The position numbers and the translations under genes were made by a program. A stretch of 47,518 nt of DNA from a bacterium (GTDB taxonomy: Bacteria; 4484-113). Positions 40,695-47,518 of this stretch are shown in pieces (positions within the stretch are counted from its first letter, which is position 1; every line of letters begins with the position of its first letter). The stretch is taken from NCBI GenBank assembly GCA_029932365.1, contig JAOZQG010000005.1, positions 1-47,518 of the forward strand, given 5' to 3'. Below the pieces are notes generated by a model. That model ran no database searches. It had not been told where the DNA came from and saw only the letters and a program-made list of their open reading frames with translations.

Positions 40695-42890
40695 ATGGCC
40701 AGTGGGAAAACAGATGTAGACTTTACTTCGTTTGCGACCGAGGCGCTGGGTTCCCTCAGCAAGTCCCAGAACCTTGAAAACCTGTTCGAAGTATTCTACA
40801 GGACTGCTTCGGAGCACCTAGGTGCCCGCAGCATGAGCTTCTGGGTTTACAGCGCAGCCGAGCACTCCATTCGAAGCAAGTACCTTATCGGTGACCATTT
40901 GTCCTCGCTGACCAAGGGCCACGTAATCAGTCTGGACGAGGAAACTGAGCAAAACCCATTTTCAAAGCTGTCCCGGCGTATGGTTGTCCTCTCAGGGAAG
41001 GAAGTACCCCGGCAACTGGGCGCCTTCGGCATTTTGCCTGAAGATATAAAAACGGCGTATCTGGCACCGGTAGTTCTGGGTGCACAGCTTCTGGGAATCA
41101 TTGTGCTGGCATCCACCGAACCGCCCGCTTCCAAAGACTCGGTGGAAATGCTCGAGGAATGCCTGCCGCTAGTTGCGCTGGCCTTCAGCGCCCTGAGCCA
41201 CGAGCCAGCTCAGGACAAGCGCCTGCTGCAAATGCGCCTGCTTCACCAGATTACCGAAAAGGCGCTGATGAGTCTCAATCTGGACGACCTTCTGGATTCG
41301 ACAGCGCGCCTGCTAAGAAGCTACTTCCATTATTACAACGTCTACATCTTTATCTACGATCAAGAGAATGATATCCTTGACCTACGGGCTCTGGCTGGCG
41401 AGTTCGAGGACAGGATTACGCTGCCCATGTCGCTGCGCATACACGAAGGCTGCACCGGGCGAGCCTTCCGTACCCACAAAACCTACTACGCACGGGACGT
41501 ACGCACCGACCCCGAATACCGTCCGGAGTTTCCCGGACCACTCGAAGCCCTCTCCGAGCTAGCCGCGCCGATCATGCAGGGCGACAATATCCTGGGCGTT
41601 CTCAACGTCCAGGCGAACGAACCCGACAGCTTCGACGAGTTCGACATCGAGTCGATCAACACTCTCGCCAATGAGCTGGCCAGCGCCATAATGCGCGCCA
41701 ACGACTACGAGATTCTTAAAAACTACTCGCAGCAGCTTGAGACCTACCAGTCGCAGATGGAGCAGGACCTGCGCGTATCCGAGCAGATTCTGAACATGAA
41801 CGTCCCGATGGATTTCGTGTCCCCCAACCTGGACAGCACACTGCACTTCCACGCCCACCACAGCATCGGAGGCGACATAGCGTTGCTGCGCATGTCCGGC
41901 GAGCACTCCTATATCATTGTCGGCGATGTAAGCGGACACGGCATCAGTTCCGCCCTGATTTCCACCTCCACGTTCTCGTATCTGGACAATATGCTGGCGC
42001 GCTCTCCGACTGTCGAGGCAGTCGTACTGACACTTAATGATTTCTGGACGGCCAATTTCAAAGAGCTGGGCTACTACGCCACGTTCTTCGTGGGGCGGGT
42101 GCACAACGCAACCGGCGCCATGGAGTACGTGAACTGCTCCCATCCCAAGCCCATCCTGTACCAGAACAGCAGCGGCACGCTGACCAACCTAGACAACACC
42201 GTGCCGCCTATAGGGTTATTTGACCTGGACAAGGAAGCCCAGGTAAACCGACAGTGGCTCAAGCTGGCGCCGGGAGACAAGCTGACGCTTTACACCGACG
42301 GTCTGCTCTCGGAGTTCCCCGAACCCGGCAGATTCTCCGAAAGCGACCTTCACACGCTCATCAGCCGCTTTTCCAACCTGCCGCACCCCATCTTCCACCA
42401 GTTCGTGCTGTGGAACCTTCGCAAGATGCGGCGCGGCTCAAAGCCGGACGACGACGAAGTATTTTTGAGCCTTTCGTATTCCTCGGTGCCCAAGGTCGGG
42501 CATTACTTAAACAGCATGGACCAGACGCTCAAACTCATCCGCAAGGTGGGGCGGCTTACGCTGGGTATGAACCTGCCAGGTGCGGCGCTGGGACGGTTGA
42601 TGACCGTGCTCGAAGAAACCGCCTTGGCGCTGCTGGCGCGCAAGCGCGACGACGGGCCTCCGCCGCGCGTCTTCGTCTCCATAGACTTCCAGCCGAAGAG
42701 GTTCAACGTCACGCTGCTCGACGCCAATCTCTACCTTGCCGAAGAAAACCTGCTGGAAGTCGACGGCTCAGTCCCGCCCCTGGAAAAGCAGCTCCCCTCC
42801 GGCGCATTGCAGATGGTCAAGAACAAGGTCCCGGACGTGCAGATTAAAAAGATTGAGAAAGGCCTGCTCTTCGTCTGCCCGCTGGAGTAG
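40695..42890 (+). CDS. GAF-GAF-PP2C (SpoIIE/RsbU-type) serine phosphatase with a degenerate RsbW-like C-terminal domain
   Basis: GAF2: NVYIFIYDQENDILDLRALAGEF...EGCTGRAFRTHKTYYARDVRTDPEY...LAAPIMQGDNILGVLNVQ. PP2C: GGDIALLRMSGEHSYIIVGDVSGHGISSALIS ... LTLYTDGLLSEF. The last ~140 aa are unassigned. Confidence 0.82.
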   Translation: MASGKTDVDFTSFATEALGSLSKSQNLENLFEVFYRTASEHLGARSMSFWVYSAAEHSIRSKYLIGDHLSSLTKGHVISLDEETEQNPFSKLSRRMVVLSGKEVPRQLGAFGILPEDIKTAYLAPVVLGAQLLGIIVLASTEPPASKDSVEMLEECLPLVALAFSALSHEPAQDKRLLQMRLLHQITEKALMSLNLDDLLDSTARLLRSYFHYYNVYIFIYDQENDILDLRALAGEFEDRITLPMSLRIHEGCTGRAFRTHKTYYARDVRTDPEYRPEFPGPLEALSELAAPIMQGDNILGVLNVQANEPDSFDEFDIESINTLANELASAIMRANDYEILKNYSQQLETYQSQMEQDLRVSEQILNMNVPMDFVSPNLDSTLHFHAHHSIGGDIALLRMSGEHSYIIVGDVSGHGISSALISTSTFSYLDNMLARSPTVEAVVLTLNDFWTANFKELGYYATFFVGRVHNATGAMEYVNCSHPKPILYQNSSGTLTNLDNTVPPIGLFDLDKEAQVNRQWLKLAPGDKLTLYTDGLLSEFPEPGRFSESDLHTLISRFSNLPHPIFHQFVLWNLRKMRRGSKPDDDEVFLSLSYSSVPKVGHYLNSMDQTLKLIRKVGRLTLGMNLPGAALGRLMTVLEETALALLARKRDDGPPPRVFVSIDFQPKRFNVTLLDANLYLAEENLLEVDGSVPPLEKQLPSGALQMVKNKVPDVQIKKIEKGLLFVCPLE

Positions 42891-42902
42891 GCAGCTCCTA
42901 TC

Positions 42903-43541
42903 TCAACTATCCTCTAACCTTAACAGCCTGCGCAACACAGCGTCCGGCTGGTCGCTGAAATCATCGTAGAATTGCGAGACGGCGAAGAACAGCGCTGGAG
43001 TGTGCAAAAATACCGCTTCGTCCGCCAGCTTCGCGATTTCGCGCGCAGACCGTGCGGGCGCAACGGCAACCGCGACAACGAGCCTCGCCACCTTGGGCGC
43101 GTCCGGCTGGCGGAAGACCTTCAACGCCGCCTTGAGCGTGGCACCGGTGGCCACACCGTCGTCTACAAAAATGAGCGTGCGCCCGTCAAGCGGCGGAAGC
43201 TCCTCACCGTTGCGGTAAAGCTCCTTATAACACTCGATACGCTTGAGCTCGGCGTCCTTGGTACGCTGCAGGTAGCGCTCCTCCGCCAGCGTCGCGTCGG
43301 AAACCACGACCGTTCCCGTCTCCGCCACCGCGCCGATGGCATATTCGGGATTTCCCGGCGCGCCAATCTTGCGCACGATAAAGACGGTCATCGGGATGTT
43401 TAGCGACCGTGATATCTCCGCGCCCACTTCAATACCGCCGCGCGGAAGCGCAAGGATTATCGGGTCGGGCCAGTTCTCCACTAGCGGCTGGAGTTCTTCA
43501 GCCAGCTTCCGCCCCGCCTCCGCACGGTTGGCCAGCAGCAT
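42903..43541 (-). CDS. Putative phosphoribosyltransferase (COG1926-like)
   Basis: MLLANRAEAGRKLAEEL..ILALPRGGIEVGAEI.. and the PRPP-binding loop LIFVDDGVATGATLKAAL. Confidence 0.8.
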   Translation of the reverse strand: MLLANRAEAGRKLAEELQPLVENWPDPIILALPRGGIEVGAEISRSLNIPMTVFIVRKIGAPGNPEYAIGAVAETGTVVVSDATLAEERYLQRTKDAELKRIECYKELYRNGEELPPLDGRTLIFVDDGVATGATLKAALKVFRQPDAPKVARLVVAVAVAPARSAREIAKLADEAVFLHTPALFFAVSQFYDDFSDQPDAVLRRLLRLEDS

Positions 43542-43547
43542 GGGTTC

Positions 43548-43556
43548 ATTGTAGCA
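43548..43556 (-). promoter_or_regulatory. Extended -10 TGcTACAAT 6 nt from the phosphoribosyltransferase ATG (leaderless geometry)
   Basis: The minus strand reads tgctacaatgaacccATG. The 15-mer tacaatgaacccatg is identical to 44967..44981. Confidence 0.45.
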
Positions 43557-43571
43557 TCGCGTCTAATGCGG

Positions 43572-43579
43572 TGTATAAT
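43572..43579 (+). promoter_or_regulatory. -10 element TGTATAAT upstream of tadA
   Basis: ggtgtataat is followed 7 nt later by in-frame GTG 43587. Confidence 0.4.
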
Positions 43580-43586
43580 CTCGGCC

Positions 43587-44054
43587 GTGTTTGACGTGCG
43601 GGAAGAAAAGCTCATGGACGAAGCCCTTGCGCTGGCGCGGGAAGCGGCGGCGGCGGGAGAGGTACCGGTGGGTTGCGTCATTGAACTGAACGGCGAAGTA
43701 ATCGGGCGCGGCGCCAACTGCACGGTGCGCAACTCCGACCCCACAGCGCACGCGGAGATGGTGGCGCTGCGCGAAGCCGCCACGAAGTTCGGCGACCATC
43801 GGCTGGAAGGGGCGCGCCTGTTCGTCACTGTCGAGCCGTGCCTGATGTGCCTGGGCGCGATTCTGCTCGCGCGCATCGCCGAAGTGTACTACGGGACCGA
43901 CGAGCCAAAGTTCGGCGCTGTGACCTCACGGTTCGCGCTGGCGGAACACGAGCGATTCCGCAAGGTCGGCTTCCACGGCGGGCTGCTAGCCAACGAGGCG
44001 AAGGAGCTTATGGCTGAATTCTTCGAGCGTCTGCGCGCGGAGGGCGGCGATTGA
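43587..44054 (+). CDS. tadA: tRNA adenosine(34) deaminase
   Basis: CDA zinc motifs: HAEMVALREA and VTVEPCLMCLGAI. Start is either GTG 43587 (leaderless geometry) or ATG 43614. Confidence 0.88.
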   Translation: MFDVREEKLMDEALALAREAAAAGEVPVGCVIELNGEVIGRGANCTVRNSDPTAHAEMVALREAATKFGDHRLEGARLFVTVEPCLMCLGAILLARIAEVYYGTDEPKFGAVTSRFALAEHERFRKVGFHGGLLANEAKELMAEFFERLRAEGGD

Positions 44055-44464
44055 GAATCCGCTTCTACCGTCCGCTGTTTCTCGCCGTGGCCATCCTGGG
44101 AATGCTGCTTGCGCTGTCCTTGCAGATGAAGACCGGCCGACATCACGAGACGATATCCTTTTTCTTCTGGGACTACTGGCTGGACACGCTCAAGCACCTG
44201 GGCGGCTTCATCCTCATAGGTTTCGCCTATTTCGTCGGCGTATTCCGCGGGCGCGAGATCTCGTTCGGCGCCTACGCCCGCACCATCTGGCCGGTGATGG
44301 TTTTCGGCGCACTGAGTGAGTTAGTGCAGCTCTGGATACCCACGCGAAGCTGCAACTTCTTTGACTTACTGGCGAACACGCTGGGCCCGCTTCTGGGCTA
44401 CCTGATCGTGCTGCTCCTTACGCCGAAATTGAGCGCGGAAAGCCCGCAGGATGCGGGCCCCTAG
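44051..44464 (+). CDS. VanZ-family membrane protein
   Basis: Four TM segments. Motifs LKHLGGFILIGFAYF and SELVQLWIPTRSCNFFDLLANTLGPLLG. The TTG start overlaps the tadA stop. Confidence 0.7.
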   Translation: MRIRFYRPLFLAVAILGMLLALSLQMKTGRHHETISFFFWDYWLDTLKHLGGFILIGFAYFVGVFRGREISFGAYARTIWPVMVFGALSELVQLWIPTRSCNFFDLLANTLGPLLGYLIVLLLTPKLSAESPQDAGP

Positions 44465-44479
44465 GCTGCCCTGAAAACG

Positions 44480-44507
44480 CTTGAAAGGGCAGGATTGTGG
44501 GTAAAAT
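44480..44507 (+). promoter_or_regulatory. Candidate sigma-B-type promoter (CTTGAA-N13-GGGTAA) or sigma-70-like TTGAAA-N15-TAAAAT, upstream of the anti-sigma gene
   Basis: gCTTGAAagggcaggattgtGGGTAAaat is compared from memory with the GTTTAA-N12-15-GGGTAT consensus. It overlaps a 7-bp hairpin CTGCCCT(44466..44472)/AGGGCAG(44486..44492). Confidence 0.3.
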
Positions 44508-44537
44508 CTAGGTGAACGAAATTATTTAGTGATTATT

Positions 44538-44945
44538 ATGGACAAAACGCTGAAACTGGCGAATATCGAGCTGAAACTCCCCCCGGACGAACTCATGGTA
44601 TCTCCGCTGAGGCTGCTGGTCTCGGGCCTGGCAAGCCGCTTCCCCGGGTTCACCGTCGACGAGATCGAGGACCTGAAAGCCTCCATTGGCGAGGCGTTCC
44701 TGGCGGTCGCCGACCGGTGCAAGACGCTGAAAGGCGCGATTACCGTCCGCTGGAGCGAGACGCAGGAGAACCTGAGCATCCGCATCACCGACCCCTCCCA
44801 CACCTTCACCAAGGTTGAAAACGTGCCCCTCTTCCAGGTGCTGGAGAGGGTGGCGGACGAGATTTCGGTGGGCGAAGGCGAGGAGCCGGCTATCCGTCTA
44901 CGCTTCAACCTGAAGGAGCGGCGCAAGCCCCTGTTCAAGGATTAG
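44538..44945 (+). CDS. RsbW/SpoIIAB-like anti-sigma factor with degenerate ATP-binding motifs (predicted non-kinase)
   Basis: IELKLPPDELMVSPLRLLVSGLASRFPGFTVDEIEDLKASIGEAFLAVADR parallels RsbW [50 protein letters not shown] (recalled from memory). The N-box Asn, the DxGxG box and the GxGL box are absent. An alternative GTG start is at 44529. Confidence 0.6.
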   Translation: MDKTLKLANIELKLPPDELMVSPLRLLVSGLASRFPGFTVDEIEDLKASIGEAFLAVADRCKTLKGAITVRWSETQENLSIRITDPSHTFTKVENVPLFQVLERVADEISVGEGEEPAIRLRFNLKERRKPLFKD

Positions 44946-44966
44946 CCCTCCGCCGTTCCGATAGAT

Positions 44967-44972
44967 TACAAT
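44967..44972 (+). promoter_or_regulatory. -10 hexamer TACAAT 6 nt from the sigma-factor ATG (leaderless geometry)
   Basis: gattacaatgaacccATG. The 15-mer is the same as at the phosphoribosyltransferase start. Confidence 0.4.
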
Positions 44973-44978
44973 GAACCC

Positions 44979-45773
44979 ATGGGAAAAGGGCGTGACAGGG
45001 ACGCGCCGTCCGAGGATTCATCCTCGCAGGGAGCGCTGACCGAAGCGGAAGAGCGCGAACTGTTTACCGCCTACCGGGATAATCCCAGCGAAGAACTCAC
45101 CGCCCGCATTCTCAAGCAGTACGAAAACCTCGTCTATCATATCGCTCACAAGTACTCCCCCGGCCGAGAGAGCTTTGAAGACCTGGTGCAGGTCGGGATG
45201 ATCGGGCTGGTACAGGCGATTCGCCGTTTTGACGTGGGCAAGGGTTGGCGCTTCTCCACCTACGCTTACCAGACCATCCGGGGGGAAATCCAGCGCTACT
45301 TCCGCGACAAGAGCTGGACCATGTCCGTGCCCCGGCAGGTCAAAGAGCAAAGCCTTAAGGTATTCGCCGTCGAGAGCACGCTGGCGCTGAAGCTCGGATG
45401 CTCCCCCACCCCCGCCCAGATTGCCGAGGAGGCCGAGCTTACGGAGGAGCAGGTTCTGGAAGCTATGGAACTGGGAAGTGCTTACCATCCGGTGAATATC
45501 CTGGAGGAAGCCGTATCGGAAGAGACCGCCGTCTCGCCCACTACCCGGGAAAGCCCGATATCCGAAGTGGAAAGCGACCTTTTCTGGCAGCACATAATGG
45601 CGTTTTTGACACCCAAGGAAGCCGACGTGCTGCGCCTGAGATTCTGGGACGGCCTGCCGCAGCGCGACGTAGCGATAAAGCTCAACACCTCCCAGATGAA
45701 CGTGAGCCGGCTTCAGCGTCAGGCGCTGGCGAAACTGAGGAACCTGCTCCGCATAGAGGACCTCCCATTCTAG
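44979..45773 (+). CDS. SigB/SigF/SigG-type (group 3) RNA polymerase sigma factor
   Basis: Region 2: YENLVYHIAHKYSPGRESFEDLVQVGMIGLVQAIRRFDVGKGWRFSTYAYQTIRGEIQRYFRD. Region 4 HTH: LPQRDVAIKLNTSQMNVSRLQRQAL. It lies directly downstream of an RsbW-like gene. Confidence 0.88.
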   Translation: MGKGRDRDAPSEDSSSQGALTEAEERELFTAYRDNPSEELTARILKQYENLVYHIAHKYSPGRESFEDLVQVGMIGLVQAIRRFDVGKGWRFSTYAYQTIRGEIQRYFRDKSWTMSVPRQVKEQSLKVFAVESTLALKLGCSPTPAQIAEEAELTEEQVLEAMELGSAYHPVNILEEAVSEETAVSPTTRESPISEVESDLFWQHIMAFLTPKEADVLRLRFWDGLPQRDVAIKLNTSQMNVSRLQRQALAKLRNLLRIEDLPF

Positions 45774-45797
45774 AGCAGAAAACTTTGGCTTCTGCGT

Positions 45798-45803
45798 TAT
45801 AAT
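45798..45803 (+). promoter_or_regulatory. -10 hexamer TATAAT 12 nt upstream of the rimI ATG
   Basis: gcgttataatcttcctgcggcgATG. No SD, so the leader is very short or absent. Confidence 0.35.
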
Positions 45804-45815
45804 CTTCCTGCGGCG

Positions 45816-46334
45816 ATGAAACTTCACATCCGACAGATGACGCCGGCAGACCTAGACGAGGTACTGGCTATCGAGCAGTACTCGTTCCCCACGCCCTGGA
45901 CCCGCACGGTCTACGAAAACGACTTGAAAAACAATCCCCGCTCCCGGTTTTTCGTGGCGCTCAACGACAGCGAAGACGGCGAGCTATTGGGATATATCGG
46001 CAATTGGGTAATCGAGGACGAGTGCCACATAGGAACCATCGCCACCAAGCGGGAGATGCGCGGCCGGGGTATCGCCGAAGCGATGCTGATACACACCGCG
46101 CGCATGTCGCTCGCGGAAGGCGTCACCTATATCATCCTGGAAGTCAGGGAAAACAACTTCGCCGCCATAAACCTGTACAAGAAGCTGGGATTCAAGCGCG
46201 TGGGTTTGAGACGCGGCTACTACAGGGATACGGGTGAAAACGCGCTGCTGCTGGCATTGCACGACCTGGAGAGCCTTGCGGCGCGCGACATTGCGCCCTT
46301 CCTGGCGCAAACGGAGGAAAAAGCCGTTGAATAA
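45816..46334 (+). CDS. rimI: Ribosomal-protein-alanine N-acetyltransferase (GNAT)
   Basis: IRQMTPADLDEVLAIEQYSFPTPWT...IATKREMRGRGIAEAML...LEVRENNFAAINLYKKLGF. Confidence 0.85.
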   Translation: MKLHIRQMTPADLDEVLAIEQYSFPTPWTRTVYENDLKNNPRSRFFVALNDSEDGELLGYIGNWVIEDECHIGTIATKREMRGRGIAEAMLIHTARMSLAEGVTYIILEVRENNFAAINLYKKLGFKRVGLRRGYYRDTGENALLLALHDLESLAARDIAPFLAQTEEKAVE

Positions 46335-46341
46335 ACGATAT

Positions 46342-46935
46342 ATGGCACCACTTGCGATCGCACTCGCTGCATTACTGCTGGCTGGCGCTTTGTCCGCGCC
46401 CGCCCAGAGCACGGAAGACGAGCATGCAGCAAAGCCCGAGCCCATTATCAGCCGGGAAGCCATCGACCAGAGCACCTTTTTCTTCTCGCTGCCGCCGCGG
46501 CATGGAAATACCGAGAGGATTACATTCACCGATCTGGTTTACGAGAACAACGCCGTGCTAATGCTGTGGACAACCGCATGCCCGCTGTGCAAGCTTGAAG
46601 TGCGGCATATGAACAAGCTCGTAGAATGGGCGGAAGAGCATCCGGAGGCGAATCTGCTCGTCGCGTCGGTAAATTTCGACGCCCTGGGCAGCCGGGGCTT
46701 AGAACAGGCCTACTGGGATAAGGCAGCGCTCCCCAAGTTTGACGTATACTGGGATCCCGGCGCCCGGCATTTTGATGAAGATGTATGGCTAGTAGAGGAA
46801 AAGGGCCTGCCGCTGACCTTTTACCTGGCGCAGGGGGGCTTGCCAGTGCGCATCGTCACCGGATTCAGCGCCGACCTCGTCGAATTCGCCAAACAAGAGT
46901 TCCTGCCGGAATCAGCGAAGCGTCCTGCTAAGTAA
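46342..46935 (+). CDS. Secreted TlpA/ResA-like thiol-disulfide oxidoreductase
   Basis: Signal peptide MAPLAIALAALLLAGALSAPAQS. The CxxC motif is in LMLWTTACPLCKLEV. Start moved to ATG 46342 because the ORF-track extension overlaps rimI. Confidence 0.75.
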   Translation: MAPLAIALAALLLAGALSAPAQSTEDEHAAKPEPIISREAIDQSTFFFSLPPRHGNTERITFTDLVYENNAVLMLWTTACPLCKLEVRHMNKLVEWAEEHPEANLLVASVNFDALGSRGLEQAYWDKAALPKFDVYWDPGARHFDEDVWLVEEKGLPLTFYLAQGGLPVRIVTGFSADLVEFAKQEFLPESAKRPAK

Positions 46936-46965
46936 CCGGAGACGGGAAACTCGGCTAATAAGGCC

Positions 46966-46997
46966 GCTCAGGATGCTGCGTGTATCCGCTGAGCTTT
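46966..46997 (+). terminator. Hairpin between the convergent redoxin and DUF5320-like genes
   Basis: GCTCAGGAT (46966..46974) pairs with ATCcgCTGAGC (46984..46994) with a 2-nt bulge, followed by TTT. Confidence 0.3.
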
Positions 46998-47011
46998 GAC
47001 CGCAAGCGTTG

Positions 47012-47221
47012 TTAGTCTTCCGACTCTTGCAGGCGCTTCTCGACTTCCGCGAGTTCCGCTTTTAAATCGTCCCGGTATTCTTCAAGCAGCCTGCGCTGCT
47101 CGTCCCTGTTAAGGTACCGGCGGGAGATGCCGCCTTCCAGGCCGCAACAGCAACATCCGCCGTTAGACCGCGTGCTATGACGCGTGCCATGATCGGTTCT
47201 TGGGCTACAGCAATTCATCAT
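47012..47221 (-). CDS. Small DUF5320-like coiled-coil protein with a poly-cysteine N-terminal half
   Basis: MMNCCSPRTDHGTRHSTRSNGGCCCCGLEGG, then the coiled coil LNRDEQRRLLEEYRDDLKAELAEVEKRLQE. GGAGGAG SD upstream. The DUF5320 assignment is by overall pattern only. Confidence 0.5.
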   Translation of the reverse strand: MMNCCSPRTDHGTRHSTRSNGGCCCCGLEGGISRRYLNRDEQRRLLEEYRDDLKAELAEVEKRLQESED

Positions 47222-47251
47222 AACTCCTCCAAAGTGTGTTTAGACAGCACG

Positions 47252-47518
47252 CTATATACCTGAACCACAACACAAGTTCATCTCGTGTTCACTACAACAA
47301 CAGTCACAGAGCATATCCCGCCAGCTCTCCAGCGCTCCAGGTACCGGCCTGTAATGCACATAATTAGCCTGCTTAACCGGTTTAATAAGACCCGCATCCC
47401 TAAGCACGCGCAGGTGCTGCGAAACCGCCGGCTGAGACAGGCCCAGGCGCGCCGCCAGGGCGCACACGCAGAGCGATTGCTCGTTCAACATCATCAGGAT
47501 GCGAAGGCGCGGTTCCGA
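47252..47518 (-). CDS. ArsR/SmtB-family metalloregulator with a Cys-rich C-terminal tail (N-terminus beyond the window)
   Basis: PRLRILMMLNEQSLCVCALAARLGLSQPAVSQHLRVLRDAGLI is a winged HTH with the alpha3 CVC site. C-terminal tail: CDCCCSEHEMNLCCGSGI. Confidence 0.85.
   Translation of the reverse strand, partial: SEPRLRILMMLNEQSLCVCALAARLGLSQPAVSQHLRVLRDAGLIKPVKQANYVHYRPVPGALESWRDMLCDCCCSEHEMNLCCGSGI

Noticed and set aside
45018-45827. 269-aa minus-strand ORF antisense to the sigma-factor gene
   Set aside because: It is a shadow ORF. The sense strand has clear sigma regions 2-4.

Overview
47.5-kb chromosomal window from a GC-rich (about 58-60% by eye) diderm bacterium. The taxon cannot be assigned from sequence alone. 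Coding density is high. I found no rRNA, tRNA, CRISPR array, IS element, integrase or prophage signature. Left part (minus strand unless noted): an LptC-like protein, aspS, a 1,262-aa mosaic surface lipoprotein (dockerin-like loops, beta-helix, 2 PKD domains, a ~480-aa GGxGG repeat array), an orphan PhnD-like binding protein (+), an LptD-like barrel and a divergent MoeA-like protein. Centre (12.0-26.7 kb, all + strand): a complete compact type IVa pilus cluster. It has four minor pilins in GspH/I/J/K-like order, pilB-pilT-pilC, pilA with its own -10 element and an intrinsic terminator, and pilM-N-O-P-Q. A secreted unknown protein and two PPIase-less SurA-N-like chaperones follow. Right part: ppdK, eno, a secretin-less AMIN/N0/N1 protein with a 38-residue Gly tract, a TPR / membrane protein / M28-PDZ peptidase operon, scpB, a periplasmic cyclophilin, a tandem jelly-roll secreted protein, a GAF-GAF-PP2C phosphatase, a phosphoribosyltransferase, tadA, vanZ-like, a degenerate (apparently kinase-dead) RsbW-like anti-sigma factor with a SigB/F-type sigma factor, rimI, a TlpA-like redoxin, and an ArsR plus poly-cysteine DUF5320-like pair cut by the window end. 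At the nucleotide level, TG-extended -10 elements (TGTATAAT or TGnTAnAAT) recur in nearly every intergenic gap, usually without a -35. Several sit 6-8 nt from the start codon, which implies leaderless mRNAs, and two loci share the identical 15-mer TACAATGAACCCATG. No cluster here is demonstrably a new system. The best candidates for a second look are the secretin-less PilQ-N paralog with poly-Gly, the kinase-dead partner-switching module without an RsbV, the mosaic GGxGG lipoprotein, the post-pilQ chaperone trio and the poly-Cys ArsR/DUF5320 pair. All family calls come from reading motifs by eye and none has been checked against a database.
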